Below are positions 1-11,018 of a DNA stretch of 64,000 bases, in pieces. A program made the position numbers and the translations under genes. The stretch lies in IMG/VR virus record IMGVR_UViG_3300030060_002740, positions 1 through 64,000 of that record; one strand, given 5' to 3'. The notes below the pieces were generated by a model, which saw only the letters and a list, made by a program, of their open reading frames with translations, had not been told where the DNA came from and searched no databases. The DNA comes from a virus. How positions within the stretch are numbered: position 1 is the first letter of the stretch; each line of letters starts with the position of its first letter.

Positions 1-2
1 TG

Positions 3-3000
3 CAAGATGGAACTACTGAATCGAGAAAGGCTGCGTCTGAGATAAAACTGTCTTACTTCAACAACGATGCTAATTGGAACAACTACGTACACCCAACCGG
101 AGCAGGTAATAATCACATTCCAAGTGGAGGCAGTGCAGGTGAATTCCTGAAATACAGTTCAAGCGGAACAGCAGTTTGGGCTACTCCAAGTTACACTACG
201 GAAGAACAAGTAGAGGACTTTATCGCCGCAATGATTACTGCGGGTAGTAATATTGCACTGAATTATGATGATGCAGCAGGGACATTAACCATAACTGGAA
301 CAGATACAAACACTTTCAGAACAGTTAGACTGACTGACGGAAACATACTAGGAGGAACAGAAGTTCTATCTTTCACTGCGGGTAGCAATATATCTCTAAG
401 CGAAAGCGGTGGAGAAATAACAATAGCAACTACTGCTAATAACTACTCAATCTCATCTGATTTGTTAGATGAAGATAACATGGCTTCTAACTCAGCAACT
501 AAGGTAGCCAGTCAACAGTCAATAAAAGCATATGTTGACGCAGAAGTAGCAGGGGTAATTTCTTCTGCTCCGGCTGCACTTGATACGTTAAATGAACTAG
601 CGGCTGCTCTTGGTGATGACGCTAACTTTGCTACGACTACTTCAACAGCACTAGGTAACAGACTAAGAGTTGATACAAACAGTCAGGGATTAACTGCTAC
701 TCAACAAGGATACGCATTAGACAACTTAGGAATAACTGCATCATTAGCGGAGATAAACATACTAGCCAGTGGTCTATCTGCTTCTGATATACCTGCCTTA
801 CCTGCTGGAAAGATTACTAGTGGAACATTAAGTCAGAACACTACTGGAACTGCGGCGGGTCTATCTGCAACATTAGCAATAGCAAGTGGAGGAACAGGAG
901 CAACTAGTGCATCCGGTGCGAGAACCGCTTTAGGGCTAGGAGCGGCGGCAGTAAAAGCAGTTGCAACTGATGGTTCAAGCGGAGTTGCCGATGGAGAAGC
1001 AGGTTTAGTTACTGGAAACGCAGTTTATGATTACATTGCCGCACAAGGATTCGGAACTGCTACGGGAGATATAACGGCAGTAACAATACAAACAGATTCA
1101 GGTTCAGGTGCTAAAGCATCAGATATAGGTGGCTCTGCTGATTTCATATTACAAGGAAGCACTGGAACAGATGTTACAAACAGTGGAACTACGATTACTG
1201 TTGGACTCGATTTAGCAGAGTTACCAGATGGAGGAGATGATGTTGTTGGTAGTGCAGACGAACTAATCTACCTAGATGACGGAACACAGAAGAGAAAACT
1301 CATCAGTGAGATTAAACTAAGCCAATTCAACAATGACGCTAACTTCAACAACTACCAACTCTCTAACATTGTAGACAGTGGAGCATATGGAAGTTCATCT
1401 AATCCTATTGTGCATCTAGTAACAGTAGCAAGTAAGACATCTGCTCATCCTTACAACGGAGATGGTAGCGGTTCTGCATACTTCTTAGATGGAATAGAGT
1501 CGCCAGTTCTTACATTGAATGGTGTAGACTCTGTAACTAGCAACTCAGAATACTATTACAGATTCCAACAGACAGACAATTCTAACAGTGGACATCCTCT
1601 TAGATTCTACTTAGATGCAGATAAAACAACTGCATACACTACTGGTGTCACAACTGCGGGAACGCCGGGTAGTGCAGGTGCTTACACTCAAATTGCAGTT
1701 ACAAAGGATACTCCTAACATACTGTATTACCAATGTTCTGCACATGGGTACATGGGTAATCATGCAATAGTTGCGGGTTCAAACAAGATAAACAACAACG
1801 ATGCTCTAATCAGTTTCCCAACTACTACTGGTACTTTGGCTCTATCAGGAGCAAATGTGAATTATTCACAACTCACTGGAACAATACCTACATGGAATCA
1901 AAATACAAGTGGAAGTGCAGCAAGCCTATCTTCCACTTTAGCAGTATCAAGTGGTGGAACTGGACAAACAAGTTACACCAATGGACAACTGCTTATAGGA
2001 AACACAACTGGTAATACATTAGCAAAGGCAACGTTAACTGCCGGAAACAACATAACAATCACTAATGGTGCAGGTTCAATAGAGATTGCGGGAACTGCTA
2101 ATGACGATGTTTCAGTTACTAACCTTGAAACTAGACTAGGGCAAATAGATTCTAATGTTACTATTGGTAATGCCAATACAGTAGATACTACTATTTCAGG
2201 AGATTTGACTGTAACAGGCGATTTGCTTGTGAGTGGAGATACTGTAACACTCAATACTGCAACACTTGATGTTGAAGACTTAAACATAACAGTGGGTAAA
2301 GGTGCTACTTCCTCTTCTGCTACAAATGGTGCAGGGTTAACTTTTGGTGCTTGGTCAAGTGGTACTATTCCTACTCTAACATGGGTTCATGCAGATAGTA
2401 GATTAGCAGTGAATAAGCCCCTTTATTCTAGTGGTGGTTTTGTTGGTGCATTAACGGGTAATGTAACAGGTAATGTAACTGGTAGTTCAAGTTCAACAAC
2501 AGGTAATGCTGCAACTGCTACTGCCCTTGCCGGAACTGCAAATGCTAATGTTGTATATGCAGGGCCAACATCAGGTAGTGCAACCGCACCTGCATTTAGG
2601 GCATTAGTAGCCGGAGACATACCCGATTTATCGGGAACATACTCTACTACTGATACAGTAGATATGGGTGATGGTTTCGTACTTAGAGATGATGATAATG
2701 ATAACTTCATCATTACTGAAAATAAATTCATCAAGTTCACTGCGGCAACAGGGACAGCAGGTACTAATCTATCAGGTTCGGGTACAACAACCGACCCATA
2801 TGTAATGGCGATTACACTTCCTAACGATACTATCGCTAATACATTTAGGACAGTCACAGTTGATACAAATGGTGATGGGACTGCTGATAATACATTAGGA
2901 GGAACTGAAACTCTAATGATAAAGAAAGGTAATGACATTACTTTAGCAGAATCAGATGGTGTTGTAACTATCACTAACAGTTCTCCACACGTTGCAACGA

Positions 3001-4757
3001 ACTTAACCCAAACAAATGCTGCTAGTACACTTTCTATTCTAAGTAGCACAGGGACTAATGTATTGATTGTAGAAGCAGATGGGACTAAAGCAGGTGTTAT
3101 GACTGTTGCTCATCATAATAAGTTAGATAGTATTGAAGCATCTGCAACAGCAGACCAAACAGCAGCAGAAATAACTGCTCTACTAGATGATGTTGCTAGT
3201 TATACTCTTGGTACAGTAGGTTCAGGAACAATAACTATTGCTAATGATTTAGTTGTTACCGGAACTACAACTACCAATAATGTAGAAACTGTAAGCACAA
3301 GCAATGGAGTTGTGTTTGAGAGTAACGCAACAGGCTCACATGTAGATAAAGAAACACTACTAACAGGAGTAACAGGACTTACTTCTGACATAACAGTAAC
3401 TTTACCATCCACAACAGGAACATTAGCATTATCAGGAGCATCAGTAAACTACTCTCAATTAACAGGGACAGTTCCTACATGGAATCAAGACACTAGTGGA
3501 ACGGCAGCAGGTCTTTCTTCGACATTAGCAGTTAGTAGTGGTGGAACTGGTGTTACATCTGTTCCTATGGTTGGGCTAATCACTGCGGCAAATGTAGCGG
3601 CAGTAAAGACAATCTTATCGTATGGCAATTTAGCGGCTTTAGATTCGGTAGGGGCATCACAAATAACTGATAACTCAGTTGGTGCGGCTGAATTAAATGT
3701 TAGCGGAAATGGAACAAATGGCTATGTTCTTTCTTCTGATGGAGATGGGTCATTTAGTTGGACTGCTCAATCAGCAACAGGAATAGCGTTAACTGCCTTA
3801 TCTGCAAATGATGGTAGTGCTTCCGGTAGTGGAGGTTCATTAGCATACAATAATACTAATGGTGAGTTTACCTTTACTCCGGCTCTCAACATAGCAGGTA
3901 ATTCTGCAACTTCAACTGTTACAGCAAATAATAGCACTGATGAAAATAACTATCTTACCTTTGCGGCAAATGCTACGGCTTCAGGTAGTTTAGGATTAGA
4001 AACAGATAGTACGTTATATTTCAATCCTTCACAAGATAAGTTGTATGTTCCTTATGTTTCTGCAACAAACTTAACTGCTAGTAATTTAATAAGTGCTGTT
4101 AATGGAATAAACATAACTGGTAATAGTCAAGGGATTAATCTGTCAGGTACAAGTAACTTCGTTAAAACTGACAACCTAAAAAATGACACTTTATTGGCAA
4201 TCTCAACTACTGCAAATAATGCTAATATTACATTAAACCCACATGGAACAGGACAAATTGCAGAAAAGGGGCTAAAGACAAAGACTGGAACATATGTCGA
4301 AACAAGACATCCTGATACTGGAACACCTGCTGCAAATAACGCAACTTATGCACAAACACACGGTATAACTAAGGTTCAAGGAAGCCAAAGTCAATTCGGT
4401 GTAATTGCTAATGGCTCTGCTATAACGGTTACAGGAATATTGCCAAATGGTTCAGTTACAGGTGGTAGTAGTGGGTATAGAGCAGTAAGGGGAACTATTC
4501 ACATAGACGCAGGGCTAACAAGTAGTAACATAGTGATGACTCAAGACTTTATTGCAAACGCAAATGATGGTAGTGGAGGATTTACATTTACATCATACGG
4601 TATGGTGTTTGATGGTCAAACAGACCCTCCATTCAAGATAGCATGGGATGATATTGGTACAAATGATTTGGCTTTGAAGGTAATTAATAACATGGGAACT
4701 TCTACAACTAACACACTAAGAATATGGTGGGATTTGACTTTGTTCCCCCAAGTCTGA
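3..4757 (+). CDS. Long tail fibre / adhesin-like virion protein, 5'-truncated by the window; Gly/Thr/Ser-rich with internal repeats and a cupredoxin-like domain
   Basis: The frame is open from position 3 (QDGTTESRKAASEIKLSYFNNDANWNNY...), in frame with ORF 231..4757. Contains tail-fibre motifs (APAALDTLNELAAALGDD, repeated LAVSSGGTG) and a YYQCSAHGYMGN domain. Confidence 0.8.
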   Translation, partial: QDGTTESRKAASEIKLSYFNNDANWNNYVHPTGAGNNHIPSGGSAGEFLKYSSSGTAVWATPSYTTEEQVEDFIAAMITAGSNIALNYDDAAGTLTITGTDTNTFRTVRLTDGNILGGTEVLSFTAGSNISLSESGGEITIATTANNYSISSDLLDEDNMASNSATKVASQQSIKAYVDAEVAGVISSAPAALDTLNELAAALGDDANFATTTSTALGNRLRVDTNSQGLTATQQGYALDNLGITASLAEINILASGLSASDIPALPAGKITSGTLSQNTTGTAAGLSATLAIASGGTGATSASGARTALGLGAAAVKAVATDGSSGVADGEAGLVTGNAVYDYIAAQGFGTATGDITAVTIQTDSGSGAKASDIGGSADFILQGSTGTDVTNSGTTITVGLDLAELPDGGDDVVGSADELIYLDDGTQKRKLISEIKLSQFNNDANFNNYQLSNIVDSGAYGSSSNPIVHLVTVASKTSAHPYNGDGSGSAYFLDGIESPVLTLNGVDSVTSNSEYYYRFQQTDNSNSGHPLRFYLDADKTTAYTTGVTTAGTPGSAGAYTQIAVTKDTPNILYYQCSAHGYMGNHAIVAGSNKINNNDALISFPTTTGTLALSGANVNYSQLTGTIPTWNQNTSGSAASLSSTLAVSSGGTGQTSYTNGQLLIGNTTGNTLAKATLTAGNNITITNGAGSIEIAGTANDDVSVTNLETRLGQIDSNVTIGNANTVDTTISGDLTVTGDLLVSGDTVTLNTATLDVEDLNITVGKGATSSSATNGAGLTFGAWSSGTIPTLTWVHADSRLAVNKPLYSSGGFVGALTGNVTGNVTGSSSSTTGNAATATALAGTANANVVYAGPTSGSATAPAFRALVAGDIPDLSGTYSTTDTVDMGDGFVLRDDDNDNFIITENKFIKFTAATGTAGTNLSGSGTTTDPYVMAITLPNDTIANTFRTVTVDTNGDGTADNTLGGTETLMIKKGNDITLAESDGVVTITNSSPHVATNLTQTNAASTLSILSSTGTNVLIVEADGTKAGVMTVAHHNKLDSIEASATADQTAAEITALLDDVASYTLGTVGSGTITIANDLVVTGTTTTNNVETVSTSNGVVFESNATGSHVDKETLLTGVTGLTSDITVTLPSTTGTLALSGASVNYSQLTGTVPTWNQDTSGTAAGLSSTLAVSSGGTGVTSVPMVGLITAANVAAVKTILSYGNLAALDSVGASQITDNSVGAAELNVSGNGTNGYVLSSDGDGSFSWTAQSATGIALTALSANDGSASGSGGSLAYNNTNGEFTFTPALNIAGNSATSTVTANNSTDENNYLTFAANATASGSLGLETDSTLYFNPSQDKLYVPYVSATNLTASNLISAVNGINITGNSQGINLSGTSNFVKTDNLKNDTLLAISTTANNANITLNPHGTGQIAEKGLKTKTGTYVETRHPDTGTPAANNATYAQTHGITKVQGSQSQFGVIANGSAITVTGILPNGSVTGGSSGYRAVRGTIHIDAGLTSSNIVMTQDFIANANDGSGGFTFTSYGMVFDGQTDPPFKIAWDDIGTNDLALKVINNMGTSTTNTLRIWWDLTLFPQV

Positions 4758-4818
4758 TAAACTAATATGATATGCGAGGTATAGGACATAGTGGATAGTG
4801 AAATTATGGTGATTGTAA

Positions 4819-6798
4819 ATGTCAACAGATGCTAATTTTGTAATAAAGAAAGGACTTAACGTTCAAGATGGAGATATCTCCATAAAAGGAAGTAACAAAG
4901 AACTCAGATTTTATGAGGGTTCTAACTATGTAGGGTTTGAAGCCCCTGCTCTTTCTGCTGATAAGATATGGGTTTTACCTGCTGCCGATGGTTCAACTGG
5001 TCAAGCGTTGAAGACTGATGGTAGTGGTAATCTTGGTTGGGTTTCAATTAGCAGTGTTTCTGCTCTTGATGATTTATCAGATGCAATTACACTTTCTAGC
5101 AGAAACTTAGGTCTTGGTACTAACGCAGGTGTGGCTTGGGTAAGTGGTGCTAATCAGAATGTAGCAGTAGGTGAAGATTCGGGTAAAGCAATAACTACCG
5201 GAGATGGAAACATATCAGTAGGTGCTTTTTCGCTACAAACGGCTACAACATCCGGTTATAATACAGCAATAGGCGACCAAGCGGCATCTTCTGCAACAGG
5301 TTGGAGAAATGTTATGGTTGGTGCTTCATCGGGTCAGAACATAACAACTTCTGATTCAGTATTTGTTGGTTATCAAGCGGGGCAAGCCGTTACAAGTGGT
5401 CTTTACAATGTCGCATTAGGCTCAGGTGCATTAAATGATGTAACAACAGGTAATAGAAACATCGGTATTGGTTATGGTGCAGGTGATGGTTATGATGCAG
5501 AATCAGATAACATAGCAATTGGTTATGATGCTTTAGGTGGTGCTATTAACGGTGGAGAATACAATGTCGCTATTGGAAACTATGCGGGAGATGCAGTCAC
5601 AACAGGTGATGGTCATGTCTTGATTGGGCATCAAGCGGGAACAACTATGTCTACTGCACAGAAATGTGTGTATATTGGTTATCAAGCAGGTAAAGACACT
5701 ACTTCTGCACAAGAGAATGTAGGCATAGGCGACCAAGCCTTAGAGAACAACACAGATGGTGGGGCCAATACAGCAGTAGGACATTACGCTATGAAAGACA
5801 CAGACAGTGGTTATAACAATACAGCCGTAGGTTCTTTTGCTTTGTACTCAAATACCGGAGGACAAAACAATACAGGCGTAGGTGTTGACTCATTGAGAGT
5901 CGTGGACGGAGGACACAAGAACATCGGTATTGGAAGTACGGCGGGGAATAACATCACTTCCGGTTCATACAATGTAGTTATTGGTGCGGCTGATGTTCCA
6001 AGTGCAACAGGTAATAGTCAATTATCTATCTCAGATGGCGATGGTGGAGTTACTTGGATAACAGGAACTTCTGATGGTTCAGTGCAGATAGGAACAGGAA
6101 CACAACCAATTACCGCAGGTCAATTGACTGTTGTTCAAGAGGATAATGAAGCAGCACATACTCTTCTTTTGATGGATAACGAGGATGATGCCACAAGAGG
6201 GCCAATACTAACCATGTATAGAAATACTGCATCTCCGGCGGCAGATGATAGATTAGGTTCTATCAGATTTAATGGTGAAGATGCTGGCGGTTATGCAAGG
6301 GACTATGCTAAAATAGAAGGAAAATCTGTTGCAGTTGGAGCAGGTTCACATACAGGAGCATTAATCTTCTCGACAACTATCGGTGCTAGTATAACTGATA
6401 TTATTACAATGGATGGTACAACAGGTGGTGCTTATGGTGGTATTGTATATACTGAAACAGGAATAAAGACGCTGAGTAATTCTGTTTCTGCAACAAGCAC
6501 TGCAAACGATGGTTACATTACTTTACTTGCAGTACCTCATGCTACATTCAAGGCGGTTAAAGCATCAATTCATATTACAGATTCTTCATCTAATGAAGTA
6601 CAGACAATGGATTTAATCTGTCATTATGATGGCTCTGCTGCTAATTATACTACTTACGGTATAATTTACGATGGGGATGCACCAATAGGAGATGTAGAAG
6701 TTGACATTAATAGTAGTAATATTAGAATAAGATTTCAAAATACACAAGGTTCAACAGTGAATCTTGCAGGGAGCATACACGCAGTATGTCATCCATGA
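4819..6798 (+). CDS. Tail fibre / adhesin with YadA-like beta-roll repeats
   Basis: Many ~14-aa N(V/T)A(V/I)GxxA repeats; N-terminal LPAADGSTGQALKTDGSGNLGW fibre motif. Confidence 0.75.
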   Translation: MSTDANFVIKKGLNVQDGDISIKGSNKELRFYEGSNYVGFEAPALSADKIWVLPAADGSTGQALKTDGSGNLGWVSISSVSALDDLSDAITLSSRNLGLGTNAGVAWVSGANQNVAVGEDSGKAITTGDGNISVGAFSLQTATTSGYNTAIGDQAASSATGWRNVMVGASSGQNITTSDSVFVGYQAGQAVTSGLYNVALGSGALNDVTTGNRNIGIGYGAGDGYDAESDNIAIGYDALGGAINGGEYNVAIGNYAGDAVTTGDGHVLIGHQAGTTMSTAQKCVYIGYQAGKDTTSAQENVGIGDQALENNTDGGANTAVGHYAMKDTDSGYNNTAVGSFALYSNTGGQNNTGVGVDSLRVVDGGHKNIGIGSTAGNNITSGSYNVVIGAADVPSATGNSQLSISDGDGGVTWITGTSDGSVQIGTGTQPITAGQLTVVQEDNEAAHTLLLMDNEDDATRGPILTMYRNTASPAADDRLGSIRFNGEDAGGYARDYAKIEGKSVAVGAGSHTGALIFSTTIGASITDIITMDGTTGGAYGGIVYTETGIKTLSNSVSATSTANDGYITLLAVPHATFKAVKASIHITDSSSNEVQTMDLICHYDGSAANYTTYGIIYDGDAPIGDVEVDINSSNIRIRFQNTQGSTVNLAGSIHAVCHP

Positions 6799-6809
6799 GG
6801 TGATTAAAT

Positions 6810-7544
6810 ATGGGTAGACAAGCATTTAGAAGAAGAAAAGCAGACGGAACAATAGACGATGGAACAGGTGGTGGTGGTACTTCCGCAACATTCAGTCCAA
6901 TAGTATTCAAGAACAGTGGAAATAGCACTGCAACAAATAGCACTTTCATGCCCCCTCAACCCACTGCTGGAAGCAATTCATTCCAAGCAAACTATGTTTT
7001 CTATCATGCTCGGAAGATTCACATGATTCCATTTTACAGTGGGTCAGGTGGAACCCTCAATAGAATTGTTCTAAGAGCAACAAGTGATTTACCAACTCAG
7101 GGAACTGATGAATGGAGCATCTGTCTATACGAAGCAGATGCAAATGGATGGCCTAAGACAAAGTTATCTTCGACATACCAATGGGTTCCAACGAGTGCAT
7201 GGGGCAACACAATGGCGAGCATCTATGCAACTGATGGAAGCAGTCAAATAACCCTCACCGAAAACACATGGTATTGGCTTGGTTATCTCAATGCTTCAAC
7301 ATCGAGTGGTGGTGGGGTACAAATGGGTGCAGTATCGAGAACCGATATTATGCCTTTGCAATTTGCTGGAACTATCAACTTCAACAATATTCTTTACTGG
7401 AATGCGGGAAGTCAAACTTCCTTCCCATCAGACTTCACCGTGTCGAGTTCGACAAACAGGTGGGTATCTTCTCAGGTTAATTACCTACCGAGAATCGCAT
7501 TCGATTATTCGATAATTAGTGGAAGTTCAAACTGGAAGGCGTGA
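6810..7544 (+). CDS. Putative virion structural / fibre-tip protein
   Basis: GAGGTGA RBS; beta-rich composition; lies between fibre genes and the chaperone. Confidence 0.5.
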   Translation: MGRQAFRRRKADGTIDDGTGGGGTSATFSPIVFKNSGNSTATNSTFMPPQPTAGSNSFQANYVFYHARKIHMIPFYSGSGGTLNRIVLRATSDLPTQGTDEWSICLYEADANGWPKTKLSSTYQWVPTSAWGNTMASIYATDGSSQITLTENTWYWLGYLNASTSSGGGVQMGAVSRTDIMPLQFAGTINFNNILYWNAGSQTSFPSDFTVSSSTNRWVSSQVNYLPRIAFDYSIISGSSNWKA

Positions 7545-7822
7545 TGGATATGGTTGAATGGTTTATGGAAGAAGTAATTGATGCAGAAGGAAACAGAACT
7601 CAGGCAAGAGTTCTATCAGAAGATGAAGCAATAGAAATGCTCAGACAAATCAGAACACCGTTGTTAAAAGAAACAGACTTTTGGATGTCGGTTGATAGAT
7701 ACAATGCTCTCAGTGCAGAAGCACAAACAGAACTTACAACCTATCGACAAGCATTAAGAGATGTTCCACAGAGTCCTGACCCATTCAATCCTAATTTTCC
7801 TAATCCTCCATCTTGGTTATAA
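7541..7822 (+). CDS. Tail fibre assembly chaperone-like protein
   Basis: IRTPLLKETDFW...YRQALRDVPQ...FPNPP matches the phage tail-fibre assembly chaperone pattern. Confidence 0.75.
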   Translation: MMDMVEWFMEEVIDAEGNRTQARVLSEDEAIEMLRQIRTPLLKETDFWMSVDRYNALSAEAQTELTTYRQALRDVPQSPDPFNPNFPNPPSWL

Positions 7823-8317
7823 TGGATTAGTAGGTCAATCACCAATCATCTAAGTCTTCAAACATTTCAGTTAAGCACCTGACGAACATTGCACAAGTAG
7901 AAAATAGTCTTTCCGTTACGTTTACCCCCCCTTATTTGTTTATATTTTATTTTGTAAAATGAACTCATAGACGAATTTTACTCCACGCCCAAAGCCCTCT
8001 AATTAGAGAGACTAACAATCAAATCCCTCCAATTGTGCTTCCCAATAGTCCCAATCCCAATCAGGATTTTTTCTTTTGAGATTATCTAATTTGCTATTAC
8101 CCCTACTATTTTTAACACCCAATACCAAGACCTCGTAAGTTCTACGCTAATACCGTCATCTTCCATCCCGAATCAACTGGTGCAAAAAAAACACCGAGGG
8201 TTAATTTACTTTTTGCACTGCTAAGTCAGTTGTTGCTACTAATCACGTAATAGGGAGTATGCGAATTTTGAGGGGCCGAAATTTTTGCATAAAAAAAAGT
8301 TGGCCCTATGGCCGAAT

Positions 8318-8455
8318 TTAATTATCCGACCATAAGGCTTTACATTCCCTACATTGCCATATCTTGATTTGCTCAAGACTACCAACATAAGTTCCTTTGA
8401 TGCGTTTTGCAATAGTTGGTTGATTGCAGAATCTACAAGTTTCTTTGAGAGCCAT
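8318..8455 (-). CDS. 45-aa zinc-ribbon protein (not in ORF track)
   Basis: Manual translation: MALKETCRFCNQPTIAKRIKGTYVGSLEQIKIWQCRECKALWSDN, with two CxxC pairs. Confidence 0.6.
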   Translation of the reverse strand: MALKETCRFCNQPTIAKRIKGTYVGSLEQIKIWQCRECKALWSDN

Positions 8456-8600
8456 CTCTCTGCCTCTCTTCTTCAATCAACTTCTCCATATACTCTTCAA
8501 TACTTTCCTCAGAATATTTACTGTTTCCAAATGCAGCAAAGAAAAGAAGAGAAATCACCAACACAAATACAAACCATGCTAACCATTCAAACGGGGTCAT
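8433..8600 (-). CDS. 55-aa single-pass membrane protein (not in ORF track)
   Basis: MTPFEWLAWFVFVLVISLLFFAAFGNSKYSEE...; TAATG coupling to the upstream exonuclease. Confidence 0.6.
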   Translation of the reverse strand: MTPFEWLAWFVFVLVISLLFFAAFGNSKYSEESIEEYMEKLIEEERQRDGSQRNL

Positions 8601-9193
8601 TACCACTCTACCTCCAATGTCTTTACAATTTCTTCGTCGAGGGAGAATCCTTTAACCATTTTGTTAGAAACCCCATATTTCCACAAGTCATAGACCAATT
8701 CGCAGTCTTTTAGGCAGTATTCTGCTACCTCTGAATATCCACCTGCTTTCCAAACTATTGGTGCATCAGCACTATCCATTATCTTATCACTACCCAATGT
8801 ATGTTGAACTAAGTTAGAAAGAGAATATCTCTCACCATGCTCCTTAGAGAGTATTGCACTAGTATCAATGTATGACTCATTATCCAAATACTTCTTGATA
8901 CAATAGATGTCCATAGCATTTTTCAATACAGGTAAGTCGAAGTTGCGGATATTATGTCCTAGCAACACACCACCCTTTTGGAAGTGTTCATCTAAATCAA
9001 ACTTCAAATCAGATAGCGGTTTAATCTGAACATTACTTTTGACTAAATCATCTACTGCTTTGTCTATGTATATTGTTCCTTTGTCACCATCCCATGTGCA
9101 AACAGTTGACACAAGAAACATATGGGTGTTATCCCAACCTCCGATTTCATAGGAGAAGTTCTTCGTTTCTAAGTCAATGGCTAGAACAGACAT
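8600..9193 (-). CDS. DEDD / RNase H-like 3'-5' exonuclease
   Basis: Exo I IDLET, Exo II GHNIRNFDLP, Exo III YCLKDC. Confidence 0.85.
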   Translation of the reverse strand: MSVLAIDLETKNFSYEIGGWDNTHMFLVSTVCTWDGDKGTIYIDKAVDDLVKSNVQIKPLSDLKFDLDEHFQKGGVLLGHNIRNFDLPVLKNAMDIYCIKKYLDNESYIDTSAILSKEHGERYSLSNLVQHTLGSDKIMDSADAPIVWKAGGYSEVAEYCLKDCELVYDLWKYGVSNKMVKGFSLDEEIVKTLEVEW

Positions 9194-9441
9194 TACTCAT
9201 CATCCTTGTTTGATGCAGTCCATATAGATGCTATTTTATCTGCTTCTGATTGTTTTGGATTGGGTGAATCCTTTCGATTTTCTTTTGTTAGGAAACCTAC
9301 TAGTTGTGTTTCTCCAACGTTCAACATTGCTGCTAACTTCCAACCGTCTGCTCCAAATGCGTTCAGTTGTTCAATTATCACTTTTGGGCCTTCTCTTACA
9401 TCAAATACTAGGTACTGATTTTCTACCGTTACTTTACTCAT
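9193..9441 (-). CDS. Small DUF4177-like protein
   Basis: EQLNAFGADGWKL pattern; TAATG coupling. Confidence 0.45.
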   Translation of the reverse strand: MSKVTVENQYLVFDVREGPKVIIEQLNAFGADGWKLAAMLNVGETQLVGFLTKENRKDSPNPKQSEADKIASIWTASNKDDE

Positions 9442-11018
9442 TAGTTTTCACTCCTTTTTAGTTTAACATATCCGTATCTTCCGACCCTCTTCTCCTCAAA
9501 ATGTTCTGATACTTCCTTGTAATTTCTATACACTTGTGCTTGTCCTCTCCTTGTTGAAGTCATGATATGCTGAAATAGTGTGGTTTTATTTATCCATCTC
9601 TCCCCGTCAATTGTTCTTGCTTCGGGTGTTTGTGATAACTTAACAAACGCTTTCTTAAACTCTCCTAGCATGGCTCTCTCTTGAAGTGACTTCCGTTCAG
9701 CCTTTAGTGCTAAGTCAAGCCACGACACAAGCGACTTATAGCATTGTCGAGTAAGATATGCGCCCTGCCTAACGTGTTTTTCAGTCACGATAAACCTCTT
9801 GTTTTTGTTTTTGATAACTGTCCCTGATTCAGCAATACAAGAAATAACTGCCATTTTAACCATCATTCCCTGCATACGTGTAATGAAGTTATTTGCAACT
9901 TCCATTACTGCGGGTCTGCTATTCTGCACAAACTGTTGAAATTTGTATGTTTCATTCTTTATTGCTTGATTGAATCCTTTTGCAAATGTTACAGTTTTTA
10001 ATGGGTCTTCTCCATTTTCTATGTAGTGTTCTCTCAACGTTTCATAGATTTTAATGAAAGCATCAGAATACTGTTGAATTGGTTTGGCATCATCAATAAT
10101 AACACCATAATCATCAGCAATAGTTTCTCTAATCATATTCTGTTCTTCGATTGGAACTTCTCTGATGTAGATAATAGAACGTTGCATAGCCCCTGTTTCT
10201 GAAATAGCAGTAGTTAGGGTCTTTGGTATGTATGTTGTAGCCCATGAGGATAGTCTTGCATTGCAGGTAAACTCTCCACCTTCCAACTTCTTCTTTCTAA
10301 TTCTCCAATTCTGACCCCAAAGGGTATTCATTAGAGTGTTTAGATAGTAAATGATGTTGTTTCTATGTTGTGTCTTGCTAAAAACACCCGAATCATGAAA
10401 CTCATCGAAGATTAAAAGTCCCTCACCTTCAAGTTGACCATAATTCTGGACTGGAACTTGTATTGTTCTTGTTTGTCCTGTATCATCATCAACAATAGTC
10501 TCATCTTCTTCTCCCATACTTCCGACCATACCTGCATCTGTTGATTCTCCAACCTCGATTACCTGATAACCCGCTCCTTGCCGGTTATGTTCACCAATAG
10601 TCTTGAATCCCTTCTCAAAATCATTGATATCTGTTCCATATTTACGATTTATTTCGTCAAATACCAATTTTGATACAGGCCCAAAGAAATTATACATCTC
10701 AGTTTTACCTGTTCCTGATGTTTGCATCCAAATAACTTGAACTCTTGTGTCAATTCTTCTTTTTCCGGCAGGGATACATACCATATCCTTACAAATCTGC
10801 CCTAAAAGCAAATAAAATGACAACATAGCGGGAACTTCGTTATTTATCGAAACTTCTACTGCATCTTTTACATATTTTTCCACAACAGATGGTATTCTAC
10901 TTGCTTTTGAGTATTCTCTTCCTTCTTGTAGCGACTCAAAGTACAATCTGTCTATTTCTGCTTCATATTCATCGTCTTGACCTAATTTTAATTCATTTTC
11001 ATTATCACTCATGTTCAT
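9441..11018 (-). CDS. MCM-like AAA+ replicative helicase (divergent)
   Basis: Walker A QTSGTGKT, Walker B LLIFDE, possible Arg finger GAMQRS; replication-module context. Start placed at the ATGA overlap at 11018. Confidence 0.65.
   Translation of the reverse strand: MNMSDNENELKLGQDDEYEAEIDRLYFESLQEGREYSKASRIPSVVEKYVKDAVEVSINNEVPAMLSFYLLLGQICKDMVCIPAGKRRIDTRVQVIWMQTSGTGKTEMYNFFGPVSKLVFDEINRKYGTDINDFEKGFKTIGEHNRQGAGYQVIEVGESTDAGMVGSMGEEDETIVDDDTGQTRTIQVPVQNYGQLEGEGLLIFDEFHDSGVFSKTQHRNNIIYYLNTLMNTLWGQNWRIRKKKLEGGEFTCNARLSSWATTYIPKTLTTAISETGAMQRSIIYIREVPIEEQNMIRETIADDYGVIIDDAKPIQQYSDAFIKIYETLREHYIENGEDPLKTVTFAKGFNQAIKNETYKFQQFVQNSRPAVMEVANNFITRMQGMMVKMAVISCIAESGTVIKNKNKRFIVTEKHVRQGAYLTRQCYKSLVSWLDLALKAERKSLQERAMLGEFKKAFVKLSQTPEARTIDGERWINKTTLFQHIMTSTRRGQAQVYRNYKEVSEHFEEKRVGRYGYVKLKRSEN

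Noticed and set aside
1821-3551. Diversity-generating retroelement TR/VR pair in the fibre gene
   Set aside because: Differences are mostly synonymous and not adenine-specific, and no reverse transcriptase is present in the window.
8354-8713. Plus-strand 119-aa ORF, and other antisense ORFs in the track (e.g. 1973-3412 minus)
   Set aside because: These are shadows of better-supported opposite-strand genes with coupling and motifs.
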